The notes beneath the pieces are model-generated. The model made no database searches, was not told the DNA's origin, and saw only the letters and a program-made list of their open reading frames with translations. The translations under genes were made by a program, and so were the position numbers. Shown piece after piece: positions 57,026-64,000 of a stretch of DNA of 64,000 bases. The stretch is taken from positions 186,001-250,000 of the forward strand of contig NIVC01002291.1 of the NCBI GenBank assembly GCA_002269645.1, in the 5' to 3' direction. Source of the DNA: Macrostomum lignano. Its lineage: Eukaryota. The first letter of the stretch is position 1. Each line of letters begins with the position of its first letter.

Positions 57026-60004
57026 ATGTCGTTGCTGCTGCCGCTCCTGGCGGGACTGTTCCTGACGCCGAGCCTCACAGTTCTCACCTCGGCCGTACTG
57101 CTGCAAGAGACACTAAGCTTCGATGAGAAACAGCCGCCCAGCACTCTGGTTGGCAGCCTGCGCCCGCCATTGAGGCGCTACCTCACCGACTCCGAATTGG
57201 CAAACGTCTCCCTGACGCGCCTGTCTGCCAACCAGCCGGGTGCGAGCCTCTTCGACATCCGGCAGGATGGCGGAGTGTATACCGGCCGTCTGACGCTCGA
57301 TCGAGACCGGCTGTGCAACACGGACGGCCTCTGCTGCGAACCCGACATGCGACAGCTGGGCGACCTGGCCGTGTGCGAGTTCAAGCAGCTGGTGGTGGCT
57401 ACGCACAGCGCTGGCTCACCGGTTACTCTGGAGCTGACTCTACAGCTCAGAGATCTCAACGATCATTCGCCGGCATTCTCTGCCGATAAGTACGTAGTGC
57501 ACTTCCGCGAAACTGACCAGATAGATCAACTGGTGCTGCTCCGTTGGCTATTGACGCTGACTGGGGTAGAAACGGCATCGTGAGCTACCGGCTGCGAGAG
57601 CCAAGCGACTTCTTCAAGCTGCAGGAGGTGCGAAAAGGCGACAAGATCACCGAGCTGCGGCTGCTGAACCGGCAGCCGCTAGACCGCGAGTCCAGCGCGT
57701 GGCACAGCCTGCACCTAGTGGCCGAGGACGGCGGCAGGAAGTCCGGTGCCACATTAATCAATGTCACGATTGATGATGTGAACGATTGCAGCCCGGAGTT
57801 TGTTAACGGTAGCCAGGTGTCTGTCGACGTGCCCGAAGACAAGCGCGAACGCTCCGTGGTGGCCAGCGTTCTGGCTACGGACAAGGACGAAGGACAGAAC
57901 GGCCGGGTGAGCTACAGGCTGCGCCAGGGCCAGTCGGGGCAGCCCTCAGCGCCACTTTTCGGAGTCGACGCCCACAGCGGTCGCATTTGGCTCTACCGGC
58001 CACTCACCTTCTGGCCCCAGCGGCCGGCGAGCAACTGGCACGACCTCACCGTGGTGGCGTTCGACCACGGCTCGCCAAGTCGGTCAGCCGAGATCACCGT
58101 CCGCATTCGCGTGCTGGACGTCAACAACCACGCGCCAAGCATCAACGTGCAGAGCCTCCTTGCCGGGCCGGCGGGAGCCGCTGCCTCGACTGATCCGATT
58201 GTCCACGTGCTGGAGAATCAGCAGTATGGTGCTCAGCGACCCATAGCTTCGTTGCACTCGCAAGATCAGGACGACGCTGAGAATGGCCGAGTCCGGTGCG
58301 ACCTGAAGTCGGGCGCGGACATGTTCGGCCTGCAGCTCATCAGCCAGATGAAAACTGGCGACTGCATCTACCATCTACTGGCGCTGCAGACCTTTGACAG
58401 AGAAGCCGTGGCGCGTCACACTGTCACAGTGCGGTGCTCCGACCAGGGGCAGCCGGCGCAGCACCGCGAGTTAGTCATCCGTGTTGAGGTCGACGACGTG
58501 AATGACTCACCGCCGGTGTGGCCGAGCTCCGCACCGATGTCGCTAGCCGTTCTGGAGAATCAGCCGACTGGGGCGCCGCTCGGCTTCGCCCGCGCCGAAG
58601 ACGCCGACGTTGGGCCGAACGCGGTCATCGAGTACCGCCTGGAGCCGCCGGAGATCCTGGCGGACCTGGCCATCGACCCTGCGAGCGGCCAGCTGACCAC
58701 CGCTCGGTCCTTCGATCGAGAGACGCAGGCCAGCCTGTCGTTCCGCGTCGTGGCGGTCAATCCAGCTCCGCCCGGGTTCTCTGCCACCGCGGAGGCGAGC
58801 CTCCGGATTCTGGACGAGAACGACAACCAGCCGATTGTGACTGAGGACACGCCTAGGACGGTCACAGTGTCGGAGGGCGCCCCGGTCGGCACGGTGGTCA
58901 CCCGGATCAACGCTACGGACGCAGACGAAGGTCCGCAACGTTTTCGATTCACAATCAAGAGTGGCGGCGGCGGGAAATTTGTCGTCCGCAACAACGGCGA
59001 GATCGCACTGTCGGGCCAGCTGGACCGGGAGCTCACCGCTGAGCACCAGCTGCTCATTGGGGTGGCCGACTCTGGCGTGCCCAGCCAGCGGACCGAGTTC
59101 CGTCTCAACGTGCTGGTCGGGACATTAACGACTCGCCGCCAAGATTTGTCTTCCCGCCGGCTGAGAGGCCTGGCCCGCCACATCAGGTGAGAGGCAGCTG
59201 GGAGATAGTAGTGGCGGGGAAGCTGACTTCATGACAGTTTCATTCAGAAAAAATTTACGATGTCACGATGATGTCACGATTATAATTCCGTCAAATGCTG
59301 TCACGATGCTTCCAGGAAACTTTTGTACAAGCATTTTTGTACCGCTCCACCCCAACCTGCGCAGGTGAACATCTCAATCAACCAGATTCCCGGCAATCCT
59401 GTCGCCACCATCATCGCACACGACGACGACACGGGACAGAACGGCAACGTCACCTACCGGCTGCTACGGTCGGTTTCTGGCAGCGCGCCCGCGCCTGCCT
59501 CTTCGTCGGGTTCAGCTGCCGGCGCCGAGACGCCGACTGACTTCGCCGACTATTTCAACCTGGAGCCGCTGACCGGCAGGCTGCTTCTGCGGCGACGCCT
59601 CCAAGGCGTCCCCGCTGCCGACGGCTGCCTCGGCGGCGGGTCCGGCCGCCTGCTGCGGTTGGAAGCGTCCGACCAAGGACAGCCGTCTCTGAAGCGGGTG
59701 ACTCAGCTACGAATCTGCGCCGTCAATGACGTTAGCGACGGAGGCGGAGGTGCCGGCGGTGGCAACGGCAGCCCGCCATCGTCGTCCGGGCAGGACGGGC
59801 GCACGTGGCCTGGCGCCGGCGGCAGCGGCGGAAACGGCGGAGTTTTTAACGGCGGCGATTTGTCTAGCGCGATCGTGCTGCTGACTGCCGGCCTGGCCAT
59901 TCTCGTGCTGCTGGCACTCATCCTGTCCGTGGTGTTCCTCATTGTGAGGCGGCGGGCCGAGGGGTCCTCTGCTGCCGGCGGCGCGTCTGCTGGAGTGGGG
60001 CGGG
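57026..60004 (+). CDS. Protocadherin (signal peptide, 7 cadherin repeats, TM); two apparent single-base frameshifts; cytoplasmic exons not found
   Basis: Signal-peptide-like MSLLLPLLAGLFL; repeated LDRE/FDRE, DxNDxxP and A.D.D.G.NG motifs; Cys-rich EC1. Large exon 57026-59186, intron 59187-59364, exon 59365-60004 with TM AIVLLTAGLAILVLLALILSVVFLIV, then donor GTGAGT at 60005. The frame breaks at ~57540 and ~59118. Confidence 0.88.
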
Positions 60005-60255
60005 GTGAGTGAGAATAGGGTGGGGTGAGTGAGAATAGGGTGGGGTGAGTGAGAATAGGGTGGGGTGAGTGAGAGTAGGGTGGGGTGAGTGAGAATAGGG
60101 TGGGGTGAGTGAGAGTAGGGTGGGGTGAGTGAGAATAGGGTGGGGTAGGTGATAAGAGGAGGGGTAAGTGAGGCAGGGATTAAGGGTGAGTGAGGCAGGG
60201 ATTAAAGGTGAGTGAGGCAGGGATTAAGGGTGAGTGAGGCAGGGACTCAGGGTGA
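60000..60255. repeat. 20-bp (GGGTGGGGTGAGTGAGAATA)n, ~7 copies, then 22-bp (GGGTGAGTGAGGCAGGGATTAA)n, ~4 copies, starting at the protocadherin donor
   Basis: Direct periodicity; every unit contains GGTGAGT. Confidence 0.93.
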
Positions 60256-60898
60256 GGAGGCTGGGATGAGGCACACTGAAGCGGTTAGGCTGAAGACTGC
60301 CTGGGTTATGACGCAACGCGGGCCACTCCAAGGCCAAGAATGAAGTGTGCATTCAGCTTAGCATAGAGTGGGGCTTTTACGTGCCAAAAGAAATAAAAAG
60401 GATCCGTCAAGTAAAACGATGCGGACAGGAGCCGGGGGGCTGAGCAGAGCAGGCAGATAATGAAGGCGCGGAGGACTCAACGGAAACTCAAAGGACTGAA
60501 ATCGGAAATGTTTGCCAAGAGGCCTGGAATGGAGACTACCCCAACCGGCCCAGCTGGGCTCGGGGCGTGAAACTCTCGGCAGTCATCATGTCGGAATGCC
60601 GAGTCCAGCGCCCGCGATCAGAAGAAGCTCGCGATTTTCGAGGCCCCTCTCAAGTGGACCGACTGAGCTGGGTGGGATTTTGGCACCGCGGGGAGCAGAG
60701 TAGGGGGTGTTGAGGTGATTGAGAATGGCCTGGTTAGGCTCCCCGGGCTGTCAGTTTATTTAGTTGAACGAACAAGGGAAGACACAACTTCCTGTTCGTG
60801 GGGGGGGGGGGCTGTTCGGCTGATTGAAGTTCAACTAGACTCACGTTTGGGAGCAAGCTTTTTTATCCGATTTTTGTAACTCGCTAACTGAGGCTTTG

Positions 60899-63414
60899 GG
60901 GGCGCTAGTAGGAGCGCTAGCAGAGACAATGAGAGGAGCGCTAGCAGAGACAATGAGAGGGGCGCTAGCAGGGGCGCTGAGAGGGGCGCTAGCAGGGACA
61001 ATGAGAGGGGCGCTAGCAGGGGCGCTGAGAGGGGCGCTAGCAGGGAAAATGAGAGGGGCGCTAGCAGAGACAATGAGAGGGGCGTTAGCAGGGGCGCTGA
61101 GAGGGGCGCTAGCAGGGGCGCTGAGAGGGGCGCTAGCAGGGACAATGAGAGGGGCGCTAGCAGGGGCGCTGAGAGGGGCGCTAGCAGAGACAATGAGAGG
61201 GGCGCTAGCAGGGGCGCTGAGAGGGGCGCTAGCAGGGACAATGAGAGGGGCGCTAGCAGGGGCGCTGAGAGGGGCGCTAGCAGGGGCGCTAGAGGGGCGC
61301 TAGCAGGGGCGCTGAGAGGGGCGCTAGCAGGGACAATGAGAGGGGCGCTAGCAGAGACAATGAGAGGGGCGCTAGCAGAGACAATGAGAGGGGCGCTAGC
61401 AGGGGCGCTGAGAGGGGCGCTAGCAGGGGCACTGAGAGGGACGCTAGCAGAGACAATGAGAGGGGCGCTAGCAGGGACAATGAGATGGGGGCTAGCAGGG
61501 ACAATGAGAGGGGCGCTAGCAGGGGCGCTGAGAGGGGCGCTAGCAGGGACAATGAGAGGGGCGCTCGCAGAGACAATGAGAGGGCGCTAGCAGGGGCGCT
61601 GAGAGGGGCGCTAGCAGAGACAATGAGAGGGACGCTAGCAGAGACAATGAGAGGGGCGCTAGCAGGGACAATGAGAGGGGCGCTAGTAGGGACAATGAGA
61701 GGGGCGCTAGCAGGGACAATGAGAGGGGCGCTAGCAGGGACAATGACAGGGGCGCTAGCAGGGACAATGAGAGGGGCGCTAGCAGGGACAATGAGAGGGG
61801 CGCTAGCAGGGACAATGAGAGGGGCGCTAGCAGGGACAATGAGAGGGGCGCTAGCAGGGGCGCTGAGAGGGGCGCTAGCAGGGACAATGAGAGGGGCGCT
61901 AGCAGGGACAATGAGAGGGGCGCTAGCAGGGGCGCTGAGAGGGGCGCTAGCAGGGGCGCTGAGAGGGGCGCTAGCAGGGACAATGAGAGGGGCGCTAGCA
62001 GAGACAATGAGAGGGGCGCTAGCAGGGACAATGAGAGGGGCGCTAGTAGGGACAATGAGAGGGGCGCTAGCAGGGACAATGAGAGGGGCGCTAGCAGGGA
62101 CAATGAGAGGGGCGCTAGCAGGGACAATGAGAGGGGCGCTAGCAGGGACAATGAGAGGGGCGCTAGCAGGGACAATGAGAGGGGCGCTAGCAGGGACAAT
62201 GAGAGGGGCGCTAGCAGGGGCGCTGAGAGGGGCGCTAGCAGAGACAATGAGAGGGGCGCTAGCAGGGACAATGAGAGGGGCGCTAGCAGGGGCGCTGAGA
62301 GGGGCGCTAGCAGGGGCGCTGAGAGGGGCGCTAGCAGGGACAATGAGAGGGGCGCTAGCAGAGACAATGAGAGGGGCGCTAGCAGGGACAATGAGAGGGG
62401 CGCTAGTAGGGACAATGAGAGGGGCGCTAGCAGGGACAATGAGAGGGGCGCTAGCAGGGACAATGACAGGGGCGCTAGCAGGGACAATGAGAGGGGCGCT
62501 AGCAGGGACAATGAGAGGGGCGCTAGCAGGGACAATGAGAGGGGCGCTAGCAGGGACAATGAGAGGGGCGCTAGCAGGGGCGCTGAGAGGGGCGCTAGCA
62601 GGGACAATGAGAGGGGCGCTAGCAGGGACAATGAGAGGGGCGCTAGCAGGGGCGCTGAGAGGGGCGCTAGCAGGGGCGCTGAGAGGGGCGCTAGCAGGGA
62701 CAATGAGAGGGGCGCTAGCAGAGACAATGAGAGGGGCGCTAGCAGGGACAATGAGAGGGGCGCTAGTAGGGACAATGAGAGGGGCGCTAGCAGGGACAAT
62801 GAGAGGGGCGCTAGCAGGGACAATGAGAGGGGCGCTAGCAGGGACAATGAGAGGGGCGCTAGCAGGGACAATGAGAGGGGCGCTAGCAGGGACAATGAGA
62901 GGGGCGCTAGCAGGGACAATGAGAGGGGCGCTAGCAGGGGCGCTGAGAGGGGCGCTAGCAGAGACAATGAGAGGGGCGCTAGCAGGGACAATGAGAGGGG
63001 CGCTAGCAGGGGCGCTGAGAGGGGCGCTAGCAGGGGCGCTGAGAGGGGCGCTAGCAGGGACAATGAGAGGGGCGCTAGCAGAGACAATGAGAGGGGCGCT
63101 AGCAGGGACAATGAGAGGGGCGCTAGCAGGGACAATGAGAGGGGCGCTAGCAGGGACAATGAGAGGGGCGCTAGCAGGGACAATGAGAGGGGCGCTAGCA
63201 GGGACAATGAGAGGGGCGCTAGCAGGGACAATGAGAGAGGCGCTAGCAGGGACAATGAGAGGGGCGCTAGCAGGGACAATGAGAGGGGCGCTAGCAGGGA
63301 CAATGAGAGAGGCGCTAGCAGGGACAATGAGAGTGGCGCTAGCAGGGACAATGAGAGGGGCGCTAGCAGAGACAATGAGGTGGGCGCTAGCAGGGGCGCT
63401 GAGAGGGGCGCTAA
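60899..63414. repeat. 24-bp GC-rich minisatellite (GAGAGGGGCGCTAGCAGGGACAAT)n, ~105 copies, with higher-order structure
   Basis: Direct periodicity; explains ORFs 60831-63618. Confidence 0.97.
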
Positions 63415-64000
63415 GAACATGAGCTTCAGTAGAGGCACTGATTGAAATAAAAAATCAGAGATCAAACCGAGATTCCACAGCAGCGTCCTCCGAAAAAAAG
63501 GATTCAAAGTTGTGCCTTGACATGCGTGCCTCGATTCCCTCGTTTCGCTTCTCTTATTGTTCTCATTTATCGCTGGATCTAGTCCCAAACTCGTATCATC
63601 AGTAGTCTGATTTTTCATAGCTTCTCTCTGAGTGAAAGCCTGGGTGAAATCGCATTTCTCAATCCAAGTAAATCTGTCTGATCAGTGCAGTTCAGGTTAC
63701 CCTTGCGTGCGCAATATCATCTTACTCGCTGGGCCTTTTCCCTCAGCCCCCTCTCTCTCCCGTATTATCCTGTTGCGCAAGATGCCAATACTGATAGGGG
63801 ATCAGCAGCGGCAGATCCATGGGAATAGCTTTGCCTTTGTCTCGCGGAGGCAGATGAGGAAGGCGTGTGTAGCTGTTAACTCAATCAGCCAGTTGAAATG
63901 CCACACTTATATACTCACTAGGGCCTGCAGGCCTGCTTTCTCATTAATTCAATTCATCCCTCTAATCCGTTCTGCTCTTCCTTTTATCCAACCCCTCCCG

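Overview
Eukaryotic (metazoan) genomic DNA, not prokaryotic. GC-rich Ala/Gly-rich exons sit in AT-rich spacers, and about 25 distinct minisatellite arrays fill most introns. This architecture, plus a phytochelatin synthase, suggests a free-living flatworm such as Macrostomum; that is inference, not a database match. All recognisable host genes are on the + strand: ACBP, a mitochondrial acetyl-CoA hydrolase/CoA-transferase (4 exons), phytochelatin synthase (4 exons), a possible orphan ORF, two adjacent intronless U1A/U2B''/SNF paralogues, DDI1 (4 exons), SNX3 (2 exons) and a 7-cadherin-repeat protocadherin with two homopolymer frameshifts. Mobile DNA comprises a decayed intron-containing P-element-type transposase, a young 5'-truncated RT-RNase H LINE with a 14-bp TSD, three copies of a tRNA-derived SINE and hAT-type MITEs. 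Most ORF-track entries are artefacts of reading through tandem arrays. The most interesting signals are (1) nearly every host intron carries its own minisatellite, several built from or abutting splice signals (amplified donors, amplified branch/acceptor units, AG|GT units); (2) distant arrays share core motifs; (3) a U1A-like and a U2B''-like gene lie in tandem; (4) co-oriented genes look like trans-spliced operons; (5) the SINE and the LINE 3' UTR share a covarying stem-loop.
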